The notes under the pieces are model-generated. The model was not told where the DNA came from, made no database searches, and worked only from the letters and a program-made list of their open reading frames with translations. A stretch of DNA of 64,000 bases from Fonticula alba ATCC 38817 (taxonomy: Eukaryota > Protista > Nucleariida), in the NCBI GenBank assembly GCA_000388065.2, contig KB932201.1. One strand, written 5' to 3'. This document shows positions 49,169 through 60,057 of the stretch, piece by piece. Made by a program: the position numbers and the translations under genes. The number at the start of each line of letters is the position of its first letter. Position 1 is the stretch's first letter.

Positions 49169-51600
49169 CTACGGGCCGGCCCGGAGAGAGGAAGAGAGGG
49201 GCAGGAGGCGGAGGGAGGAGGGAGAAAGAGAAGGACAAAACGAGAGCAGATTGCAGGGGGGATGAAGTGCCCAATCAAAGCATGAGTGTGAGTTAAAGTG
49301 AGCAAGCGGCAGGAGAAGGATAGGGAGAGGGGGGGGGTATTATAAAGGGAAGGGGGAGGCGATCCTGCTTAAGCTGCATGTGTGCATGTGCGTGTGTCGG
49401 TGTGCATGCACACGGACACACAGGCACACCGACACACCGACACACCGACACACAGGCGGGACAATCATGCAAGCCCGGGACCATTTGTGACCATTCTTAC
49501 TGCCTTGGGGGGGGAGCGGGGGCGTTTCTCCAGTTCGCCGCTTATTCTTCAAGAGAAAAGGGCCATGGAAAAGCCACCTGAAAGGACCGAAGAAGGACAT
49601 GCCGTGGTACGCTCTGCCTTGCACTCTTGCGCGCCCTCGCCGTGGAGCCGAGAAGTGAGGATGCACGTGCGCGGATGCGGACGCACGCGCATGTGGATCA
49701 CAGGCTCCCGACCGCCATCAGTCGCTCCTTCTTTCTTGGTGGTGGATGTGATACAAACACAACACACAGGCACGAGCACACCACAGAGGCTTCCCCCCCA
49801 CCCCGCCTCGTACCAAATGGAGGAGGAGAATATAAGGGGAAGGGGAGGGGGAGCAAGACACGCCTGGCGTGCCTCTGGGTGGCCAGAGTCTCTGCCTCGA
49901 CATCCATCTCTCCACTGCGTGCTTGGTATGTGGGAAGTGCGGCAAGCGATTGCTCTCGCTCGCGCGCGCTCTCTCTCTCTCTCTTTGTCTCTCGGTCGTC
50001 ATCATCATCAGGCCCCCAGTCCTTGTGTGTGTCCCCGCGCCGTGCGGCGAGGAGAGAAGGAGGAAAGAAGGGCAGCGGGTATGCTTGTCGCCGGGTGCAT
50101 GCTTGTTGCTCTGCTCTTCGCCGCACGTATGCGCAGAGAAGAGCGAAAGGTGATGAATGGCCCCAAAGGGGGCGAGTATTCACCGGGAGGAGAGCGTACT
50201 CCCCCTTGAGCCGACGCAGCACCAGCACTGAGGAGATGTGTGACCAATTGTCCAGGCAGTGGGACAAAGGGGCGGGAGGGAGAGAGAGAGAGAGAGAGAG
50301 CGAGGAGCAGGAGCGAGGGGCGCGCGCGCGCGCCAGCACTGCCGATGCAGATAGGCCCCATTGGGAGGGAGAGAAGAGGGCACCATAGTGTGTGACATGC
50401 TCCAACAAGGTGATCGAAGGATGGCGAGGGGAGGGGGATGGGCGCGCACGCGCGCCCCCTGCCCAATGTCACACAGCAGAGCGGTCGCTCAGCAAGGGGC
50501 CCTCTTCCATTGGGGAGAAGAACGGAAGCAGACGAGATTCCTCGGTGGACCGCCGTTCCTCCCCCTCCGAATGGCAGTGTGTTGATGGATGCAAGGAGAG
50601 GAAGAAAGAAAGATAGGGAGGGAGGGAGGCAGCAGGGGCAGCAGGACGACTGTGGAGGGGAAGGGGGAAGGGGGCAAGGCGAAGTGAGGCAGCCGATGGG
50701 AGATCACCCTGAACAGCGTGCGCGCACACGCGCACTATCCCCTGACGACTCTCCCCCCCCACGTGTGTGGCTTTGTGCAGGATGTGCAATGGTGGAGGAG
50801 GAGGGGGGGGGGCAAATGAAGGGGAGAGGAGGCATCTTCAGGAGGCGACAGGGCCTATGGGGCGCACGTAGGAGGAGGAGGAGGAGGAGGAGGAGGAGGG
50901 CATGGTCGAGGACGGGGCGCTAGACGCAGGCATGGGGGCAGGGACGGGAGCTGCAACGTGGTCGGCTGACAGACGAAGCAGGATCATCAAGACACGGGAG
51001 GAGGCGGTGTATGTCAGCGATGTGCCGGGCGTGGTGAGGGAGGACGGGGGGGGGGGGGGGAGGCGGAGGGAGAACGAACAGCGGCTCATAGTTTTATTAT
51101 GCTATGGTCGAGGAGGAAGATGAAACCCGAAAGGGGAACGGGGCACCGGGCGCCAAGGGGGAAGACACAGACGGAGAAGCGTCAGAAATCGGGCGGAGGA
51201 GGCGGAGAGAACCGAAGAAGGAAGGCAGGAACGCGAGAAAGAGGCGGCAATGGACAAACCTTGGAGAAGAGGATGTAACAACAACAACTAAATCAAGCAA
51301 AGGGGTGAGGGCGATCCGCCTGGGTGGCCAGGCAGGAGGGCGGATCGTCAAAAAGGTCTGTTTCCCTCCCCCTACCTCGCCCCCCCCCCCCCCCCCCGGG
51401 CCGTGAGGCAAGCGTGTAACGGGCTGGCCCGCGCGAACAAGGCATGGGAACAAAATGCTCCCGCGCACGCGCGCACCCCCACCACAGACCCTCCCGCCCC
51501 CGCCCCCTCCCGCCTTGTGCCTCTGTATCGGCCCGGGGTGACAGCGAGCCGTCGGGCCAGCCACGAACCGCCGGGCCCCATGGCGCGCTGCTCAGAAGCC

Positions 51601-51638
<38 letters not shown>

Positions 51639-53225
51639 CACGGAAGTACCATGCTGCGCGGGCCGGCTACGCGTGAGCCCCTCCGAGCCAAAGAGTAAAT
51701 AGGAGCCACCGGCGACTACATGCCCGGACACCAACCGCCAAGCTCTCGTTACCCGCACACCCCCCGACCGCGTTCACTGATGCGGCAGCATGAGCCCGGC
51801 CCCCGCTGAATCAGGGAGGGGTGGGGGGGGGGGGGGATAAAAAGTGATGCAAGAGTACCGACACAGGTCTTCCCCGCCTCAGCCCGACCACCGTGCCGAA
51901 AAAGCGAGGATATGAGGGCGCCGGCGTCCGGCGAGCCAACCCTGGAGTAGAATGATATGCTGGTATCACAGATTGGAAGAGGAGCAAACGGAAGACATAC
52001 ATGCCAGACAGCTCGCGGTAACAGCAGCAACAGCAGTAGCAGCAGCAGCCCAAGAGAAGACAGAAGACCACGGGCCCGCGAACAGGGATAGACAATGGAC
52101 GCCAGCCGCAGAGGTTGCGGTCCGGAGGAAGGGACAGGCCGACAGGCGCCTTCAGAGCCCGGCCCGGCGGGATGAAAAAACACCGGAAGCGCCTGCAAAG
52201 AATCCGAAAGACACGCAAGACCAGGCTGGCGCCTGGCCTTCGGCGACTGGTGTCACTCATGCTCAAGAAGTGGAAAGCCCCCACCCTTCCAGAAGCCCCG
52301 AAACTGAGCAAGGGTTTGGCCTGGTATAGGCGGGCGAGGGTAACCGGAAACGGAGAGCAACAGTACTGATTTCGGGGCCACGCTGCCACCTCACGAGCTG
52401 GGTCATGTGTTATTTTCCCCGCCAAAACTGATTAACCGCCCGGCCTGCACTTGCCTCTTGCCCCCGCCCCCCCCCGCCCTCGGGCCAGAACATCAAGTCT
52501 TTCTCCTTGGGTCTGGGCGAGCATCGAGCTCGCCGTCGCGCCCCCCCCGGCACGTTCCCGAAGCCATCCCACGGGCGGTGCGGTGGGTCCTTCCGGCCCG
52601 CCGAGGGGTTTTGCCCCCCCCCCCCCCCCCCCCCCCCCCCCGCCTCCAGCGGCCGAGTTCAGGCTCTCATCGTTGGGACAGTCTTCCTCCCGCCCTCGTA
52701 CAGGGCCGGTGGCAGCGGAAAGGCCACTGGCGGATGGCAAATGTTGCCCCTGGAGGCCATGCTGACGCGGGATACCGATTTTGATCCGCAAGGGGGCGGG
52801 GCGGGGGGTGACGGACAAGGAACAGCTTCTCAGGTTACTTCCTCCTGGCCCACTCATCATCCGTAATTCGACAGCACGCCGAGCTGGCATAGTTCACAGG
52901 TGGGGGGGGGGGGGGGGGGGGGAGGGAGATGGGGACGCGTGTCAGGGCCCGAAATCCCAATAATTAGCGGCACGGCTTGGAACTCCCTAGCCCACAACCA
53001 CATGATAGCGCGCTTTCTTCCGCCCCTATCTCCCTCCCGGACGAGACCCGCCCCCCGCTTGCCCCCTCCCAGGTGGCCTGAGCATTTGGCCATGTCCCCT
53101 GGCAGGAATCCTGGGTTTTTTTCTGAGCTGCGAAGGCTTTTGCATGGAGGAGCTGTGGGTGAAGCACCAGCCCCGCCCCTTTTGATTGGAAGACCCATCC
53201 ACCTTGGGCCGGCACCGGGATAGGC

Positions 53226-53228
<3 letters not shown>

Positions 53229-53283
<55 letters not shown>

Positions 53284-53306
53284 TGAGTGAGTGAGTGAGT
53301 GAGTGT
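53229..53306. repeat. Compound (GT)n-(GAGT)n microsatellite
   Basis: Long GT run followed directly by GAGT tetramers. Confidence 0.9.
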
Positions 53307-54048
53307 ATGCGCGAGTTGGCGCGGATGAGCGAACGAGGGAGAGGCATAGGGGGAGGAGAGCAAACTGCCAGATAACACAGGCCCTAGGGCTGCGGAAGCG
53401 GAATTTTGCATTCGTGGAGGGGGCCCACTTGCGAAAGAAAAGGTCCCATTGACTCTCCTTCGGAGAGGAGAGGCAACACCCCGCCTCCTTTCCCCTCCTC
53501 CCAACTCTGCACACTTTGCCTGCCTGTCCTCCTTCTTGCCTCCCCTCCTGTCTTGCTATTGCCTGGGTATTTTGCCCTCTTCGCTCTTCAAGTGACTCGG
53601 CCTTTCCTTCTGGGAAGAACGCAACCTGGCAGCTATCTCGAGGGAACAGCGCCAGCGCGCCTGCCCAACATCCACCTGTGGCTCCGGCGCATGCTGTCTC
53701 TGGGAGCCTGAGCGGGCAATTCTAATTGGTGCCTGCCCAAGAGGGGGAAGGGGGGGCGGGCGGGCGGGCGGGCGGGCGGGCGGGGGCCGAGACGGCAGGG
53801 CGAAGGCTTGACATTGCATGCTGACGCACTCGCGCTTTGGCTACGCTTACTGACCATGGCGTCGGCAAACACACTTGTTCGATTTGTTGTCGGTGGGTCG
53901 GGGGACGGGGAAAAACCGGGACCCCTCTCTGACGGATCAGCGAAGCAGTCGCCCGCGCATGAATTTCGCCATTAGCCGGATCGTTGGAGACAGTCTTACA
54001 AGGAGGACTTCTTCGGCATTTACCAGGACCTGACGGCCCTCAGCAACA

Positions 54049-57000
54049 ATGATCGGCCTATTCATTCGCCGCCAGCGAATAGTCCTCCTGGTGTGGGTCT
54101 TGGTCGGCGTCCTGCTGATCCTCTTCCGAGGCTCCAAGGCCGAGGAGGAGGAAGACCGACGCGGGTCAGCAACCCACGAGCACGACCATGACATCCCGCC
54201 GGGCGTGGTCACCGGCGGCCATGTGCCACATGCCCGGGCTCAAGAGGACCAGCACCACCGCCACCGCCACCACCACCACCCCCATCACCATGATCAGGGC
54301 CGTGACCATGCCCACGGTTATGGGCGTCAGAACCAACACCACCAGCCACCGCCACAGGACCCGCCGGAGTACACCGAGGACTATGACCAGACCTATGCCG
54401 ATGCGTCGGCCACTTCATCCTCCTCGGCGTCGGACTATTCCTCGAGCTACTACTACGACGCCGGGGCTGGCAGCCCGGCCGAGGAGCCCGCCTCGGCCGG
54501 CCATCGCACAGGCGGACATGCGCGAGGGGCTTCAGCCTCGCCGGCGATCACCTTGGAAAAGTATGCCGCCGGAGGGGTGGACCATTGGGGCGTCGAGCTT
54601 TTCTCCCTGGCCCATCCTGGCCAGGCGGTGGCCCGGCTGGAAAGCCTCGGCCTGTACCATGTGGTGTATGATTGCGATGAGAAGGCCCCGCGAAATGTGC
54701 CTTTCGACCCGGTGACCGGCGTGGCACCAGCCGACATCCGGCGAATCATCCGGTCTTCCGGCGGGGATATCGTCCGCAGCTGGGACAAGGCGTACCTGAC
54801 TATCCTTCGGCAGGCTTTTGCCGCGGAAAGTTGGCGCATTTGCCTTGATGTACGTGCGGTGGGTTGGTGCGGGCAAGGGGCCGGGCGTACGCCTCGGGGG
54901 GGGGGGGGGGGCCTCCCACCGAAGGGCACTCGCTGAGCCGGCCTCGAGCAAGGGGGCAAGGGCACCACTCTCGCCCGGGGGAGCAGGAGGGCGGGGGGGG
55001 GGGGGGGGCGAGGACAAGGTTGCCCTAACCGCCGGAACTGACCCTGCTCGCTTTGTCCTCCNNNNNNNNNNGGACAAGGTTGCCCTAACCGCCGGAACTG
55101 ACCCTGCTCGCTTTGTCCTCCTCCTCCTCCTGCTCCGCCTCCTCCTTTTTGGGCTCTGCCTCAGAAACCGGTGGATCGCTTGGACATTGAGCCAGGCTTG
55201 ACGGTGCAGGTCTTGTCAGAAAACTCGGCTCGGAGGAAGGCCCCCGCCAACGGCGCATCCGCCGGGTCGAGGGCCCGAAACAAGGAGGATTACGAGTATG
55301 GCGAGGACTACCAGCCACCGGAGGAGATTTCCGAGTACTATGAGTACGAAGAGTATGCCGACGGGAGTGCCACCGCCGGCGGTGCCAAGCGCCCGGCATC
55401 GAGGAGCCCCGATGAGCCCATCCTGGCCGTGGATTCCCCTTCGACCCTGGAACAACAACGGGCTGAGCGTTATCTGGACGACCTGGATGCCAGTGTCCCG
55501 GTCGTCGGCCCCAGCAGTCTGGACTTGCGAGCGCTCCAGGGCCGCATTCGGGCTATTCGTGTGTCTCCTGCGGGTGCGTCCTCCCCCTCCCCGGCGGCTG
55601 TGGTCGAGGCGAGCCCGGGGACTTTGCCCCCGGCCCCCTTGACCCTGTCTTGGATCTCGCGCGGACTTTCCTTCTTTCTTTCTTTCTTTTTCTAGCCCTC
55701 TTGGCGCTCGCGTCTCCTGCCCTTTGCTCATGCCCGGGCCTTTCGCGCTCACCCGGGCCCCGGTGCCGTGCCCCCGGAATATCGCCCTCTTACCCTTCCC
55801 CCCTTCGCCTTCTTCTCAAATGCAGACGGCGTCACGCTCTTTGGGCAGCCCAACTTCCGGCGGCCGCTGGTGTTCCTCCCTCCGGGCAAGGCGTACTACC
55901 TGTCGGACTTGCGCCAGCCGACGGCACACACCACGGCCACCGACCGAGGCGATCCACATGCACATGACGAAGGGCGCTTCCTTTCCGGAGAGGGGCTGCT
56001 CGGGGCCGTGATGTCGGTGCGCTTCGGCCCCCTGACCGAGGCCTCCTTCCATGCAACCGCCGAGGCCTGCCAGAAGGAGGAGTCCCTGCTGCCGGCCGAA
56101 GTGTCAGCCACACCCGGGCACATGCCCGTCGAAATGTCGAGCCTCACTGGGCCGGACATTGCCCTGCAGCTGGACGCCTTGAGAGTGGAAGCGTCGGATG
56201 TGACGAATCTCAGCTGGGTTCGCGTCCGCCCGAAGAACACCCCGGCGCAGGGCCACCGGGTCCGGCCGCCGACCGACCCGGAGGCCGATCCGCTGGCCGA
56301 ATACCAAGCCGAGCATCTGGAGCCGATGGACCACCCGCGCGATCGGTCCTGGGCCGAGGAGACTGCATGCATTCTGCCCAAGGTCCTGCAAGGGGCCGTC
56401 ATCGTCCACCCGGGGACATGGTTCCGAGGGGGAGTCCGCCAGGCAGTGGCCATGCAGCTGGTGGCTCCTGGCTCGGGGTCAGCACCAGCCAGCCCCGGGG
56501 CCGAGGGCGACCACCGGATCTCGGCGGAGCTGCTTCTGGCCGAATTGGCCACATTGGATCAGTCGCCGACTCGCGGCAAAATCATTCGCTCCTCGTCAGA
56601 TGGCTTGGGCGAGATCAAGGGCGTGGCCCAGCGTATGGGCCACCACATTGGCTCGCTGGCCATGAGCAAGGTGCGTCGTGTGCCCTTTAGCTTGGGGGGG
56701 GGGGGGGGGACCTCGCCCCTTCGCAGATGGCGGGGGGCTGCCCCGGGTGGCGGCCCCCGGCAGCCGGCCTTTTGCTGGCCCTCGGCACATGCATCCTTAT
56801 TCACCTGCCGCCGGGCGATGGACCCTCTCGGCCCCCTTAGCGGACCACGCTCACCCTGACGGCCAGCCTGGCTCATGAGGATATCACCATCGACATGCTG
56901 TCCAAGTGGAAGGTCAGCCACTTCGCGCACCAGGGCTCCGGTGCCCGTCATGAGGGGGCCCACCATGCCTTCCACGCCATCACCATCTCCGGGGAAAACC

Positions 57001-60000
57001 ACACCGTCGGACTGCCTTCCTCGGTGGTTCGCGCGGCTCGTGTCCAGGGTACGGCGGCCCGCTGCATCGGAGTCAGGCCTTTCGTGGGAGATCCTGGACG
57101 CTGACATGTCTGGCACCGTGGCCTGCTTCTTCCCTTGCTCCCACCAATCCTGACCTCAAATGCCGGCCGATGTTGGCCGGCTGTGCACAGTGACCTGCAA
57201 TGTGCCCTGTCCCCAAGGCAAGGGCAACTGCCTGTCCAGCCCGGATCATTGCCGCTGCATCAGCGGCTGGGATGGGCCTGCTTGCGAGACATGTGCGTCT
57301 GCTCCGGCTGCAGGAGCCCGGGCAGGGGGGGGGGGGGGGGGCCGGGAGGGGGGGGGGGGGGGGGGGGGTCGCGAAGGGAGGGGCAACCTCCGCGACTGCG
57401 AGCCGCATGCCTCACCATGCTTGGAATGGGCCGGGGATTTTTCATCTCACTCGAGGATCGCCCCCGGGCAGGCACGAAGCCCGAAGGCGGCCCAATGTCC
57501 CTCTGCTTGCCTCTGACCGGCAATTTGTCGCGCAATCATCCCCACGACCAGTCTCCTGCCAGCCAGCCTGTGGGCCGAATGGACGATGCTCACTCGAGCG
57601 CCAACAGTGCATATGCATGACCGGATGGCGCGGGAAGGATTGCAACACCCGTGCGCATCATGAACCATTGCTTGGCCCCGGCATGTTGAGGCCCGAGGGA
57701 GGGGGGCGAGCACCCGTGGGACCAACTTTGCAGGCACCCCCAGCCAATCTGACCCACCTGCCTTTCGACCGAGCCAGCCATTTGCTTGGAACCGTGTGTC
57801 AACGGTGCATGCGTGGCTCCGGGGAAGTGTCAATGCATCTCCAGCCAGTACACCGGGAAGCAATGCGAGCGTTTGGGTATGTGCCCGGGAGGGAGATGAA
57901 GGCCACTGCCGAATTCATCAAGCGCCAGTACCACACGCGCTCTGCCACACATGTGTCGCCCCATGCCCTGCTCCTTCGCTCTCCCCTCGCCCCCCCCCCC
58001 CCCTTGGCGACCGTGCTTCGGGCCTCGACTGACCTCGATGCCATGCGTACCATCGGCACATTCGCAGCCCCGGTGTGTGGGGACGGTAAGTGCGAGCGCC
58101 AGTCGGGCGAGTCGTGCGACTCCTGTCCGGCCGACTGTGGCGAGTGTGGCATTGGCGGCTCGGAGCGCATTGTGGTGGCCGGCGTCCGCGGCGGCCCCGA
58201 TGGTGCTGGCGGCCAACCGGCGCCCGAACACTTGGCCGGCCGCCGGATCCAGGTCCAGCCGAAGCGCCTGCTGTATGACAATGAAGAGTCTTGGCGTGCG
58301 GGCACGGGACTGAAGGTGCGCATGCATCACTCTCTCTCTCTCCCTCCCCCTGACGGGGGTGCGGCGCCCGGCCCGAGGAGGGGGGGACTGGTGAATACTC
58401 CCCTTTTGGGGGTTGCAGCCTGGCCAGGTTGCCGGAAGGACACAATGTCTGGCTGACCCTCACATCCTGCGATCGATCCCGCCGATGTAAAATGGGCGCG
58501 TGTGGCTGCACGCGCGCGCCCGTGTCCACTCGCTTGCGCCCGTGTGTATATGTGTGTGTGTGTCTATGTATTTCGTCCTGTGTCGCGACTGGTTCTCAAG
58601 TCGCGCGATCCCCTGGATAACTCGACAACCGCCCTGCTGACCGCCGGTACGGCGGCCCTGCTGATTACGCTCCTGATGAGTGTTGTCGGCATCGGCCTGT
58701 GCTTGGCGGGCAAGCTTTCCCCCGGAGGCACGGCGACCGCGGCCGATGCCGGTGGCAGGGCGTCAGGCACATCGCGGACCGGCCGGTCGGCTCCTCGATC
58801 GGCAGACCCCTCCTCCGCCGGCCATGCAATCAGCTCGAGCACCAGCATGGGACGCTCGGCCCACATGGCCGAGAGCCTTTCCTTCCGCAGCGGCGGCCGC
58901 CGGGCGGCCACCACGGCTGCCGACACGCCGTCGCATCTCTTCCAGCACCAACCCCAGCACCAGCCGCAGCAGTCGCCCTATGGGCCGAATTATGTCGGCT
59001 CGGAAGGGACCCCTCCGGTGGGGTCGTCGGCCGGCATGGTCTCGCGCAAGTCTGCCCCGGGCGCCCACGCTCCGTCGCACTATTCCGATTGGGGAATCAA
59101 CCAGCAGCAGCAGCAGCAACACCGGCCCCAGGCCAGCCATCCTCTCAAGGACCCGGGCCATATGGCCACTGGCAAGCCTCCTGGTCCGGGGAGCCAGCAA
59201 GGCGCCCCGGGGGCTCGATCTCTTTCCTGGGGCGTGCATCCGGACATTCCACAAGGTGCGGAGCCTCGCGAGAGGAGAGGCCCGGCTCGGCATTTTTTTG
59301 CCCCTCCGCCTACTGGGACAGGGGGGGAGAGAGAGAGAGAGGAAGAGAGGCAGGGGTGCTAATAGCAGCATGCTCAATCGTCCTGGCACCCCAACTTACC
59401 GGCATTGCGATCGGTCGCGTCCCCCTCACGCCCTGGCGTATAGCCCGGGAAAATCCCCGACGCATGACCTCCGGATTGGATCCCATCGGGGAGGCGGTCC
59501 ACCTGGGGGGCATGGGACACCCGCCTCACCTTCAGACGCCTGCGCCCCTCCCCCAAGCGGTGGCCGCCTCGGCAACTGGTCCGGGTAGTGCGCCCCTTCG
59601 TCGGTCAGTTACCACGGAGGTCACCCCGCCGGGGATGGTCCTCCCCAAGAAGCCGGTGCTCAGTCGCCACCCGACCACGGCTGGGGTGCCGCCCCCGGCT
59701 CTTTCTGGCGGGGCGGTCCAGCCTGCCCATCTGCAGCAGCACCAGCCACTTATGGGCAGCTCTCCGCTTGCGGCCCCTCGGCAGGGACAATCCTTCCCGG
59801 AGCTCCGGCGCCACACCGGCATCCCCCTGCCGCCGTCCCTCAGTCGTACATCCACGGTGGAGGATCTCTCGGCTACGGGCGTCTCCATCGGCGGTGGTAG
59901 CAGCCACTTGAGGGGCGGCCGTAGCCTCACCTCCAGCGATGAGCCAGATCCGGCCGGCAATGTGGCTGCCACCGCACCAGTGGCCTCCGCATGGGGGACC

Positions 60001-60057
60001 ACGCCCCTGCCGCCGGAACTGCCACCCCAGGCCCGGCCATCATCGGCTTCGCAATAG
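54049..60057 (+). CDS. Large orphan membrane protein (~1360 aa): signal/anchor, His-rich segment, unknown ectodomain, 3 EGF-like repeats, Cys-rich CGDGxC motif, TM helix, S/P/Q-rich tail
   Basis: Proposed exons 54049-54849, 55165-55573, 55826-56670, 56841-57048, 57191-57292, 57552-57650, 57778-57876, 58068-58315, 58601-59255, 59444-60057, with consistent phases. EGF repeats CNVPCPQGKGNC..CRCISGWDGPAC, CQPACGPNGRC..CICMTGWRGKDC, CLEPCVNGACVAPGKCQCISSQYTGKQC; TM ALLITLLMSVVGIGLCLA. The last two junctions are less certain. Confidence 0.72.

Noticed and set aside
50150-50231. GTGATGA...CTGA pair with an internal hairpin
   Set aside because: It is antisense to the presumed DED1 intron, has no terminal stem and has no recognisable guide sequence.
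55012-55121. 50-nt direct repeat flanking a 10-N gap
   Set aside because: This is the pattern of unmerged overlapping contig ends, not a biological repeat or target-site duplication.
58419-58500. Possible additional exon in the receptor gene (LPEGHNVWLTLTSC or PGQVAGRTQC frames)
   Set aside because: No donor/acceptor combination preserves the phase between 58315 and 58601, so it is treated as intronic pending RNA-seq.
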